Part shown: in pieces, positions 8,266 to 18,200 of the stretch | How positions within the stretch are numbered: position 1 is the stretch's first letter | How the letters are laid out: each line of letters begins with the position of its first letter | Assembly (NCBI GenBank): GCA_963773975.1 | Contig: CAVZDJ010000036.1 | Location: 3,263-67,262, forward strand | Reading direction: 5' to 3' | From: an uncultured delta proteobacterium | Lineage (GTDB): Bacteria > Desulfobacterota > Binatia > Binatales > Binataceae | DNA length: 64,000 bases | Notes under the pieces: model-generated | Seen by the model: only the letters and a program-made list of their open reading frames with translations | Databases searched by the model: none | What the model was told of the DNA's origin: nothing | Program-made: the position numbers and the translations under genes

Positions 8266-9096
8266 GCTCCCTAGTTAAGAATACCCAATCGTGGCAGACA
8301 GGGCTGGTACTTTTTTAGCGTTTATCTCTATCACTTCACGTTCTACTCAGCCGCCGCGCCCGCCGCAAGACAGCAGCGGGCCGGGCGAGTGGGGAAACTC
8401 TTCGAAGTCCGCCGGGGAGAGATCTCCCTGCTAAGCTGCCTTCTTGAACGTGCCTGCGCCTTTAGGCTCCGCGGCGACTGACGCGCGTCCCTGCGACCGA
8501 GCCACTTCGTCAGCCTCGTTTGCCACGTACCGAAGCATAACCGAAAGGACGACCAACACCGCGGTTCCGATGACCCAGGTAACGAGGGAATAATCATGTT
8601 TCTCCTTTTACCGGGAATCTATACGAGCAAGGAGGATGCCGCAGGCGACTATGCAGTTTTCATAAGGCTTTTCTTCAGCATTGCTTCGCGCACTTTGCAC
8701 CTTCACTAGCAAGATGCAAATGAGAAGACGAACCCCGCTATAAGGCCCGTTGCGACGCTCAGGGTGGTCGTGCTGTCGGCGCCGAGCCCAAGGCGAAAAG
8801 TGCGCCGGCGAGCGCAAATTGTATGTGCCCTGTCGCGGGCCATCGGCTGAGAATTGTGTTCGAGAGCTACGCGAACCGTTGTGATCGCTTGGCGACAATA
8901 CCCGTGCAATGCCGCGAACGTAGCTGTACAGCGAGACCCAGAGCTGGTGCTCGTGAGATCCCGGCGACATCATCCCTCTTTCAGCCGGAGGCGATAAAAA
9001 GCTGCAAGAATCCACCCTCTCGCCCCACACTCTTCCACTTCTTGCGACTACTTGACGCTTTCGGATGGCTTACTGACGGTTTACAAAGTCTCCTGG

Positions 9097-9129
9097 CAGT
9101 TCGAATTCACCTCGCTCAGCCAACGAGTC
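9097..9129 (+). repeat. tRNA-3'-end-like dispersed repeat, copy 1
   Basis: The sequence is CAGTTCGAATTCACCTCGCTCAGCCAACGAGTC. It matches the copy at 14990-15021 (minus strand) with only one substitution and one 1-nt indel. Confidence 0.75.
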
Positions 9130-9300
9130 TCAGGTTGTAGCCGTTCTCCGGGAAACCCGCCAGAAAGCGCCAATGTGGCGGCGAAGTGACCATTTCATCG
9201 AACCGGAGAAGGCCTCCAGGTCGCGTTTACATCTAGTCGGGTCGACCTTCTCTCTGTTGCGCGGGTTGTCCACGTCTGACAAAGGGCGCGCGAACTGACG

Positions 9301-10527
9301 TCAGACGCGCTCGATAATCGTCGCGACTCCCATCCCACCGCCGATACACATCGTGATCAGCGCGGCGGATTTGTTCTGGCGTTCGAGTTCGTCGAGCACC
9401 GTGCCGATCAGCATTCCGCCGGTTGCGCCCAGCGGATGACCGAGGGCGATCGCGCCGCCGTTAACGTTGACCGTCTCAGGATCCATCTCGCAGTCGCGCA
9501 TCACCTTGAGCGGCACGGCGGCGAACGCCTCGTTGATTTCGACGAGGTCGATATCCTTGATTGTCATGCCGGCCTTTTTGAGCACGCGGCGGGTCGCGGG
9601 CACCGGTGCAGTGAGCATGATGATTGGTTCGTCGCCGGCGGTCGCCGTCGCGACGACGCGGGCGCGCGGCTTGAGTCCGTGCGCCTTGGCGTAATCGGGC
9701 GAGGCGAGCAGCAACGCGCTCGCACCATCGACGATGCCCGACGAATTGCCGGCGTGATGCACGTGCGGAATCGACTTGACATTGGTGTAGCGCGACATCG
9801 CCTTCTGGTCGAAACTCAGGGTGTCGCCTCTCTGCACGTACTTGCCGATTTGCTCGAACGAGGGTGACAGCTTGCCGAGCCCTTCGAGCGTGGTTGTGCG
9901 CGGATGCTCGTCATGATCGAGGAGGACGCGGTTGGCCGCGTCGCGCACGGGAATCAGGCTCTTCTTGAGCCGACCTTCGGCATGGGCGCGAGCATAGCGG
10001 CGCTGGCTTTCCAACGCGAAGCGGTCGCAATCCTCGCGCGAGAAGCCTTCGATCGCCGCGATCAGATCGGCCGAGATGCCCTGCGGGACTAGAGGATGGA
10101 GTTGGCGCAGATGGGGATTGTGGCCGTCGATACCGCCGCGATCGGCGTCCATCGGCACCCGCGACATTGATTCGACGCCGCCGGCAACTACCAGATTCTG
10201 CTCGCCCGCCTTTACGCCCATCGCGGCAAAATTCACTGCCTGCTGGCCTGAGCCGCAGAAGCGATTGATGGTGACTCCGGTCGAATCGTTGGGCCATTCG
10301 GCGGCCAGCACCGACATTCGCGCGATACACATCGCTTGGTCGCCGTAAGCGGTGACGCAGCCCACGACGACGTCATCGACTTCGCGCGTGTCGATGTGGT
10401 TGCGCTCCTTGATCGCGTTCAGCGTTTGCGCCATCAGCTCCTGCGGATGCAATCCAGCGAGCGCGCCGTCTTTCTTGCCGCGTCCGCGGGACGTACGCAC
10501 CGCGTCGATAATCCATGCTTCGCCCAT
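9301..10527 (-). CDS. Acetyl-CoA acetyltransferase (thiolase)
   Basis: Motifs are [11 protein letters not shown] (active-site Cys), [12 protein letters not shown] and [15 protein letters not shown]. The start is chosen at the second ATG, which has AAGGAG 6 nt upstream. The track start at 10578 is longer. Confidence 0.9.
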   Translation of the reverse strand: MGEAWIIDAVRTSRGRGKKDGALAGLHPQELMAQTLNAIKERNHIDTREVDDVVVGCVTAYGDQAMCIARMSVLAAEWPNDSTGVTINRFCGSGQQAVNFAAMGVKAGEQNLVVAGGVESMSRVPMDADRGGIDGHNPHLRQLHPLVPQGISADLIAAIEGFSREDCDRFALESQRRYARAHAEGRLKKSLIPVRDAANRVLLDHDEHPRTTTLEGLGKLSPSFEQIGKYVQRGDTLSFDQKAMSRYTNVKSIPHVHHAGNSSGIVDGASALLLASPDYAKAHGLKPRARVVATATAGDEPIIMLTAPVPATRRVLKKAGMTIKDIDLVEINEAFAAVPLKVMRDCEMDPETVNVNGGAIALGHPLGATGGMLIGTVLDELERQNKSAALITMCIGGGMGVATIIERV

Positions 10528-10810
10528 CGCCATCTCCTTACGGCTCTTAATATCATGAACTGGGGCGCCTATGTACAAACCGGATCGCGCCGGGCGGACA
10601 AATTCGAGACTGTCGTCGACACGCAGTCGGCCGCAACGACAGCACGTTCAATGCGCGGGACGGAGTTGCTTTACGCGCTCACCTCGCTACAGCGTTGATC
10701 GAGCGGCTGCTCCAAGTCACGCTTGGCGGCTAGGAGCCAGACTGCGATAATGCGGCCGAGGAAAACGAGGGGGGTAGCGGCACGTTCGGCTGGCAACGCG
10801 AGTTTAGAAA

Positions 10811-10854
10811 CCGGTACCGTCAGTTCGAATTCACTTCCTCTCCGCCATCGAGTC
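10811..10854 (+). repeat. tRNA-3'-end-like dispersed repeat, copy 2
   Basis: The sequence is CCGGTACCGTCAGTTCGAATTCACTTCCTCTCCGCCATCGAGTC. It matches copy 5 (31145-31187, minus strand) at 39 of 44 positions. It lies in the divergent intergenic region between the thiolase and the FAD oxidase. Confidence 0.8.
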
Positions 10855-10977
10855 TTCTCCCTTTGCAATTCCTTTGCAATTCGTCGAGAGATGATCGAAG
10901 ATACGCGTGAGAGAGCGGGTCCGCACGCGCATTGTGATGTCCGCAGTCGCGTGAAGAATTCTAAAAACGCGGATCCA

Positions 10978-12861
10978 ATGAACAGAAGAGCATTCCTGAA
11001 AGCAATCGGATCGGCGGCGCTGCTGCCGATGTTGCCGCGCCGCCTCCTCGCTGATGCCGCTCCGGCCGCTAGCGGATTCCGTCGTCGCCGCCCGTCCGAT
11101 GCCGCGTGGCCATCGCAGGCCGACTGGAAGCGCCTGAACGATGCGGTCGGCGGAAATTTGATTCGCGTCGACTCTCCCATCTCCGTCCTCAGCACCGATC
11201 CCGATGGCGCCGCAGCGAAAGAGCTCGCGGCGAATTTGAAAAATCCCTACTACATCGGCGAGCAGCCCGGGCTCACGCAAAGTTCCGGATGGCTCGATGC
11301 GTGGGCGAGCAAGCCGAGCGTCTATGCGGTCGCGGCGCGCAATGCCAATGACATCGCGGCGGCAGTTAACTTTGCGCGCGACAATGACTTGCGCCTGGTG
11401 GTCAAGGGCGGCGGTCATAGCTATCAGGGCACCTCCAATGCGCCCGATTCGCTTCTCATCTGGACGCGCCACATGAACGATATCGCGATGCATGACGCGT
11501 TCGTTCCGAGCGGATGCGAGCACACGATGCAGCCGCAGCCGGTGGTTACGTTCGGCACCGGCATCATTGGAATGCAGGCTTACGACGCGGTTACAACCAA
11601 AGCGGGAAAATACATCCAGGGCGGCGGATGCCTGACCGTCGGCCTCGCGGGTCTGATCCAGGGCGGCGGCTTTGGAAGCTACTCCAAGCGCTATGGCACC
11701 GCCGCGGGCAGCTTGCTCGAAGCCGAAGTCGTCACCGCCGACGGCCAAATTCGAATCGCGAATGCGTGCACCAATCCCGATCTGTTCTGGGCTTTGAAAG
11801 GCGGCGGAGGTGGCACCTTCGGTGTCGTGAGCAGGATGACGGTGCGCGCGCACGAGCTGCCCGAGTTTTTCGGCGCGGCAAACATCACGATCAAAGCGTC
11901 CTCCGATGATGCGTACCGCGGCCTCATCCGCGACATCGTCGCCTTCTATCGCGATCATCTCTTCAACGAGCATTGGGGTGAGCAAGTCCATGTGAGGCCC
12001 GACAACACGCTCGAGGTCAAAATGGATTCGGCGGGCTTGAGTACCGAGCAAGCAAGGCAAGTCTGGCAGCCGTTTCTGGATTCGGTGAAGCATTCGTCAC
12101 AATGCTCGATCAAAGGCATCACGTCCATCGGGAGCATACCGGCGCGGCACTGGTGGGACCCGCAGTGGTGGAAGGAGCACTGGCCGGAGATCGCGTTTCC
12201 ACGCGACGGCGCGATGCACGCGATCATCGACGACGTCCTGCTGCATGTGATGCATCAGCCTGTTTTCACATTCGACCCGCGGCCCGGTGCGAGTCCCAAC
12301 AACGCGTGGTGGGTCGGAAACACCGGCGAGGCATCGATCTTCTGGTGGGCATATCAGTCGCTATGGCTGCCCGAATCGCTACTCGAGACTAGCTCGCAGC
12401 AGCGCCTAGCCGATGCGCTATTCGCAGCGTCCCGCTATGCGGGAATCGAACTCCACTTCAACAAGGGTCTTGCCGGAGCACCTCCCGATGCGATCGCGGC
12501 CGCGAAGGACACCGCCACGAATCCATCGGTGCTGTCAGCATTTGCGCTGGCGATCGTTGCCGATGGGCAAGGGCCGTCGTATCCCGGCATCGCTGGCCAT
12601 GAGCCATCGGTCGAGGCTGGGCGCAAAGCCGCCGCGCGCATCGATCAGTGCATGAGTGAGCTTCGCGCGGTCGCGCCTAACGGCGGAGCCTACGTGAGCG
12701 AGAGCAATTACTTCGAGAAGAACTTCCAGCAAGCATACTGGGGCAGCAACTATCCGCACCTCCTCGAGATCAAGAAGAAATACGATCCTTCAGGACTGTT
12801 CATCGTTCACAATGGAGTAGGGTCTGAGGAGTGGAGCGCCGACGGCTTCACTAAGCTCTGA
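10978..12861 (+). CDS. TAT-exported FAD-binding oxidoreductase (PCMH-type FAD domain plus a berberine-bridge-like C-terminus)
   Basis: The ATG at 10978 gives MNRRAFLKAIGSAALLPMLP, a twin-arginine signal. The FAD domain shows RLVVKGGGHSYQG. The C-terminal YWGSNYPHLLEIKKKYDPSGLF is BBE-like. Confidence 0.85.
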   Translation: MNRRAFLKAIGSAALLPMLPRRLLADAAPAASGFRRRRPSDAAWPSQADWKRLNDAVGGNLIRVDSPISVLSTDPDGAAAKELAANLKNPYYIGEQPGLTQSSGWLDAWASKPSVYAVAARNANDIAAAVNFARDNDLRLVVKGGGHSYQGTSNAPDSLLIWTRHMNDIAMHDAFVPSGCEHTMQPQPVVTFGTGIIGMQAYDAVTTKAGKYIQGGGCLTVGLAGLIQGGGFGSYSKRYGTAAGSLLEAEVVTADGQIRIANACTNPDLFWALKGGGGGTFGVVSRMTVRAHELPEFFGAANITIKASSDDAYRGLIRDIVAFYRDHLFNEHWGEQVHVRPDNTLEVKMDSAGLSTEQARQVWQPFLDSVKHSSQCSIKGITSIGSIPARHWWDPQWWKEHWPEIAFPRDGAMHAIIDDVLLHVMHQPVFTFDPRPGASPNNAWWVGNTGEASIFWWAYQSLWLPESLLETSSQQRLADALFAASRYAGIELHFNKGLAGAPPDAIAAAKDTATNPSVLSAFALAIVADGQGPSYPGIAGHEPSVEAGRKAAARIDQCMSELRAVAPNGGAYVSESNYFEKNFQQAYWGSNYPHLLEIKKKYDPSGLFIVHNGVGSEEWSADGFTKL

Positions 12862-13579
12862 TTCGCTCTGCTAGCTCTCGGAGTACTTCCTATTGCTCGG
12901 CAATTCGCCCGACGGAGAGGCAGAGGTCGGTGATAGACGCCTTACGCAGAATACATTTGCGCCATCTATGATGAATGCTTCAAATGGCGCCGATCACGCG
13001 ACGCGCCATACCGAGCGCTTCCGACCAGAATCCACTTCCCGAGTGCATCATCTCGACGATGTCGCGGAGGCGCTCCATCACCAATATGCTAGGGTTTAGC
13101 TTTTGACTCAGGACGTCTACCAACAATGATCCAGGCTTACTGCGAGGACATGGAACAGGTACTGTTCTTTCTGCGAAGAGCTGCTCGACCAGACGCGGAA
13201 GTGTGGCTCAACCGCTGATCCCAAAGATGTCGTTTTGCCTTCTCGACGTCCTTCATTATTCCCTCGTAAACGCTTCCGAAGGTCTTGGTATAGGTAGTCC
13301 CCATATAGTTTGTACGTGAGACCTTATCGTGCGCCGGCAGCACGCGAGCGATACACGCGCTTTATGCGACGATTGCCGGATGATACCTCACATCTGAGGC
13401 TCGTTGGCGGAACGAATTGGGATCGAACTATCAGTGGACTCCACAAATCTGTCAGTAGGCCGTCCGAAAGGCGCCAAATAGCTCCAATAAACAAGGATGG
13501 ACAAATGGTCGACATCCTTACGGAGGAAAACGCGACAGACTCCAGAAGTAACCGAGGAGCCAGCAGACTAAGGTCGTTG

Positions 13580-14581
13580 TCATTTGCGCTGCTTGGCGTG
13601 GGCCAAGGCCTCGAGATTCGCTACCCGGATAGGTGCACCATCAGCGAAAGCGACTATTGCCTCCAGCGTATCGGTATAGAAGGCCCTCAGCGTTTCGTAA
13701 GTGACATAGCCAAGGTGCGGGGTGATGGTGACGTTATCCATGGTGCGGAAGGGATGATCGGCGGGAGGCGGCTCGACATCGAAGACGTCGATCCCGGCGC
13801 CGGCGATGCGCCCGGATCGAAGAGCCGCGATCAGATCAGCCTCCACGACGATCGGTCCGCGCGAAGTATTGATCAAGTAGGCCTCCGGCCTCATCAGAGC
13901 GAGTTCTCGCGCCGTGATCAGGCCGCGAGTCCGATCGCTGAGTTGGACGTGGATCGAGAGAACGTCGGAGAGGCGGAACAGGTCGTCCTTCTCCACACGC
14001 CGCGCCCCGACCGCCGTCGCAATCTGGTCGGTCAGGTTCTGACTCCAGGCGATCACCGGCATTTCGAAAGCGCGGGCGTATGCCGCCATCCGCTTGCCGA
14101 TGCGTCCTAGCCCTAAGAGCCCAAGCGTGCGTCCAGCCAGGATCGTTCCCATTGTGCTCTGCCATCCGCCAGCGCGCATCCGCCGACTCTCGAGGTTAAA
14201 ATGGCGAACCACGGCGATCATAAGTCCCCAGGTCAGCTCCGGGGTCGCATTGAAGACGCCTGCGTAGATGGGGTTGGCGAAGTTGGAATGCGCAACGATC
14301 ACTCCGTGCTCCGTCGCCGCCGCCATGTCCAGATTCGGCAAGGACATCCCGATGATGGTGACGAGCTTGAGATTGGGCAAGCACTGGAACAGGCTGCGCG
14401 GCAAACTCATCCGCTCGCGGACTGTGCAGAGAATGTCGAAGGGCTGCAGCAACGTTGCCGCCTCGTCCTCCGACAGATGCTGATCAAAGGAGGTGATTTC
14501 CGCCTTACCCTTAAGCACGGACCAGTCGGCCGATTGAAGAGCGATTTTCGCGTAATCGTCGAGGATGGCGATCTTGAGCAT
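13580..14581 (-). CDS. D-isomer-specific 2-hydroxyacid dehydrogenase, NAD-binding
   Basis: The protein starts MLKIAILDDY…. The NAD-binding site is GRTLGLLGLGRIGKRMA (GxGxxG). The family C-terminus …TPHLGYVT… is present. The start is taken at 14581. Confidence 0.85.
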   Translation of the reverse strand: MLKIAILDDYAKIALQSADWSVLKGKAEITSFDQHLSEDEAATLLQPFDILCTVRERMSLPRSLFQCLPNLKLVTIIGMSLPNLDMAAATEHGVIVAHSNFANPIYAGVFNATPELTWGLMIAVVRHFNLESRRMRAGGWQSTMGTILAGRTLGLLGLGRIGKRMAAYARAFEMPVIAWSQNLTDQIATAVGARRVEKDDLFRLSDVLSIHVQLSDRTRGLITARELALMRPEAYLINTSRGPIVVEADLIAALRSGRIAGAGIDVFDVEPPPADHPFRTMDNVTITPHLGYVTYETLRAFYTDTLEAIVAFADGAPIRVANLEALAHAKQRK

Positions 14582-14989
14582 TGGCGTGGTCCTTATGATC
14601 GGTTTGTCATCTTCCTTCTTAGACCTCTGCTCTGACAGTTCCAAACGAACGAGAGGCCGGCACGTCGAGCGTTTCATTCGGCGCGAAATCGAGCTAGCAC
14701 GGTTAGCGATCTTGCGCCCGGCCGAATTCTCTCTCCTCGCTCGTATCGCTCGTACTACTTTCGCTGGCGGGTCAGCAGCGCGATCGATTCAAACAGCAGC
14801 GCAGGGGGGCGGGTTCGCTTCGGCGACTTAGAGCTGGATTTGCGGTGTCGCCATGAAATCAGGCTATCGCCAAGAGATCGAAATCACCAATGAACTGGTT
14901 TGGATTGAGTTTGAGAATGGACATCGCGTCGGAGTTCATTGCCGATTGCAGGAGGGAATTTCCGGTACCTCAACATCTCCGACAGGCAG

Positions 14990-15021
14990 GACTCGTTGGC
15001 GAGCCAGGTGAATTCGAACTG
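14990..15021 (-). repeat. tRNA-3'-end-like dispersed repeat, copy 3a (inverted partner of 15071-15113)
   Basis: The reverse complement reads CAGTTCGAATTCACCTGGCTCGCCAACGAGTC. A CCGGTACC motif lies nearby at 14962-14969. Confidence 0.75.
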
Positions 15022-15070
15022 TAGGGCGACTTCGCCAGGGTCAGCAGGTCGCCTCAAAGCGTCAATTAGT

Positions 15071-15113
15071 CGGTACCGACGGTTCGAATCGATTCCCCTT
15101 CGCCACCCTGTCC
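15071..15113 (+). repeat. tRNA-3'-end-like dispersed repeat, copy 3b
   Basis: The sequence is CGGTACCGACGGTTCGAATCGATTCCCCTTCGCCACCCTGTC. It shares the CGGTACCG…GTTCGAAT…TTC…CCAC…GTC architecture with copies 2 and 5. Confidence 0.65.
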
Positions 15114-15232
15114 TCGATTCTCACTATTCTCTTGCCAAGTGTACAGATAGCGCCCACTTGGTCCGAACAACAACCAAGTCAGAATCGCGGCCCGACAAGG
15201 TTTTGAGAGGCGACAGCGGTCCGGAACGTATC

Positions 15233-18200
15233 TCAACCGCTGTTATCTTTCACGATGCGGTATATCTGCTGCCCGTACCTCTCCACGGTCGTCATTCCAA
15301 TACCGGAAATGCCGAGTAGCTCGCGGGCTGTTCCTGGGCGTCTGCTGGCCATGGCTTTCAGTGCCCGGTCACTGAAGATGCGAAACGCCGGAACTCTGCG
15401 TCGTCGGGCCTCGGCCATTCGCCACTCACGCAGGGCCGCTTCGATACGGGAATCCGATCCAGCGTGTTGGGCCGATGACACGGGCTTTTGCCGGACTACC
15501 TTTTCCGATCGCTCCGAACGCTTCCGTTTCTCTGGCGTGGCGGCTCTCTTCTTGTTCTTGCCGGTTGCCGAGGCCGGCGCCAGATCTTTTATGATGAAAC
15601 CGATGGGAGTCTGTTCGTCGACCGAGTGAGCCGCGGGTGTGAGACTCACCTTGCGATACGGGATCTGCTTGCCATCTTTCTCGAACACGGCATCCGAAAG
15701 GCGCACCAGTCCGGCCCGCGCCATTGCGCCCAGGACTTCTTCGAAGGCGTCACGGCTCATCACACCGTTCGGACACAACTCGCCGTGAAGCTTGCCCGTT
15801 GATTTCGTATCGCCCGCGCGGAGGGCCGCGATTACACGGAACAGCGCAGTGCGTTCCGCCTCCGTGGCGGTCCGGAACCGTTGGGCGACACACTGCGCAG
15901 GAGCGCAAAAATCGCAGATCCCGCACGCCGTCTGTCCATCTGCAAGATCGCCAAAGTGGCGCACTAGCGTGGACATGCGGCACTGGTTGCTCTCGGCGTA
16001 CCGGATCACCAAGTCGATCTGCGCCCGCTTCTGCTTCCCGTGAGCGATGTACGACTTCCGCCACTGGGGCTGGCCGCAGCTGACGTTTTCGGCAAAGTCC
16101 ATCACGGCGCCCCCGTGGATCCATAGTTTTTCGAGAGCTTTGTCGAAGATGTCAGGTTTCATCCGCAGTCGCTTCTGCAGGGCTGTCTTCTCTTGAGGCT
16201 CAGAGCGGAGCTGGGCAAGAATCCCGTCCAATACCGCGACATCTGGGTAATCGCGTTCGAAGAAGAAATCGTGCGTGTAGCGATCGGCGTAGGAGTGCAT
16301 TAAGATTGCACGGCTTGGTCTTCCATCGCGCCCTGCTCGTCCGATCTCTTGGTAGTACGCCTCCAGGCTTCCCGGCAAGGCCGTATGGATAATGGTGCGG
16401 AGATCCGGCTTATCGATTCCCATGCCAAACGCAATCGTCGCGACCATGACTTCAATTCTGCCGACGAGGAATTCTTCCTGGACCCGCTCGCGATACTCGG
16501 CCTCGAGCCCAGCGTGATACGCCGCCGTGGCAAAGTGCCCGGCAAGTTCCGCAGCCAACGTATCCGCCTGCTTTCGAGTCGGCGTGTAGATGATGCCTGG
16601 CCTGCGGCCGGCATCGAGCAGTAATTCGCAGGCGAGCTCAGCTCGTCGGGACGGTGCAATCTCGAGCACCTCAATTGCGAGATTGGCGCGTCGAAACCCG
16701 TGAATGAAACGAGCCGGTTGGGCAAGTCCTAACTGTGCGCAGATATCGTCCTGAACGAGCGGGGTAGCTGTCGCGGTGAGTGCAATTACAACCGCCGGTC
16801 GCAACGATGGCAGATATTGACCGAGCATCCGGTAATCCGGCCGAAAGTCATGCCCCCACTGCGAGATGCAGTGGGCTTCATCGATAGCAATTAGTGACGG
16901 CTTGCGTTTCCCGAGCATCTCAGGGAAACCCGCCACGCGGAGTCGTTCCGGCGCGATGAACAGGAATTGTAGTTTGCCGTTGAGGTAATCCATGCAGGCC
17001 TGGCGGGAGGCTCCGCGGTTGCGGCCAGAATGAATACGGTCTACCGCGAATCCCCGCTCTTTGAGCTTGGCCACCTGATCTTCCATCAACGCGATGAGCG
17101 GACTGATCACGAGCGTTGTCCCTCCACGCGCGATCCCAGGCAACTGGTAGCACAGAGACTTGCCGGATCCAGTCGGCATAACCAGCAAGGCATCTTTGCC
17201 CTCAACCGCTGCCCGACAGACCGCTTCCTGGTTTGGACGAAACGAGGAAAATCCGAAGGCGTTCTGCAAGAGGCTCGGCAGCGAATCGCTCGTGAGTGGC
17301 GCTGCCGTATTGGCCGGTTCTGGCTGAATTTGGAGCCGTTGCGGATCTCCGACCGCGGCGGCCCCTACAGCCTTTGCAGCCGTAGCCGGTTTCCCGACTT
17401 TGCCCACGACCTGCCGCACGTAATTTTCGATGCCCTCAAGGAAAGGCTCCAGCGGCTCAGCCCCGCGCTGGATCCGCTTGAGGTGTGCTTCCCACTGGCC
17501 AGTCATGGCGGGACTCTTGACCTCGATATGCACAACTTCGATGAGCCGGATGCCCTTGTCGGTTGCCTCCAGGCTTTTTCCATTGCGCACGATGTAGCCG
17601 CGCTTGAGCAGCACCTCGATGATGGCCGCACGCGTCGCCGGAGTGCCGAGACCAGTCTCCTTCATGGCCTCCGAGAGTTCCTTCTCTTCAAGTGTCTTAC
17701 CAGCGGTCTCCATAGCCGTGAGTAGCGTCGCTTCCGTGAAGCGCTTGGGAGGCCGCGTGCTTTTCTTCACGGCGTTAATTTCGACCACTGTTTGAAGTTG
17801 GCCCTTTTGAAGATCCGGGGGTAAAGTCTCCGGGCGCCGCTGATCCTCCCTCCCGTCGTCGTCTTTTGTCGTGCTCTTCTCGGCCGAGCGCTCCAGCACT
17901 TTCCATCCGGCCTGTTCCACCGTGGTTCCTGAGGTGTGATAGCGGTCAACAATATCGCTGTTGGCGATGCTGGTGATCACGGTTGTAACCGACCAGATAT
18001 AATCATCGTGCCACGCACCAAGCAGGCGGCGGCAAATCAGATCGTAGATTTTGCGCTCGTCAGCGGATAAGGCGACCTTGTCGGGCGAGGTGGCGGTAGG
18101 AATGATCGCGTGATGATCGGTGACCTTTGCATCATCGATGAATCGTCGCCCCAGCGGGCGCTCGCCGGTACGCGGAGCCAAGTGCTCTCGATACGGTGCC

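Noticed and set aside
8343-9030. ORFs 8343-8597 (-) and 8608-9030 (-), considered as small membrane-protein genes.
   Set aside because: - ATG 8597 has an excellent AAGGAG SD, but the encoded 84 aa are Arg-rich and implausible.
- A different frame gives a good TM segment (LVTWVIGTAVLVVLSVMLRYV) but has no start codon.
- In 8608-9030, hydrophobic segments are spread over three frames.
- Real genes disrupted by indels are likely here, but I cannot define a defensible CDS.
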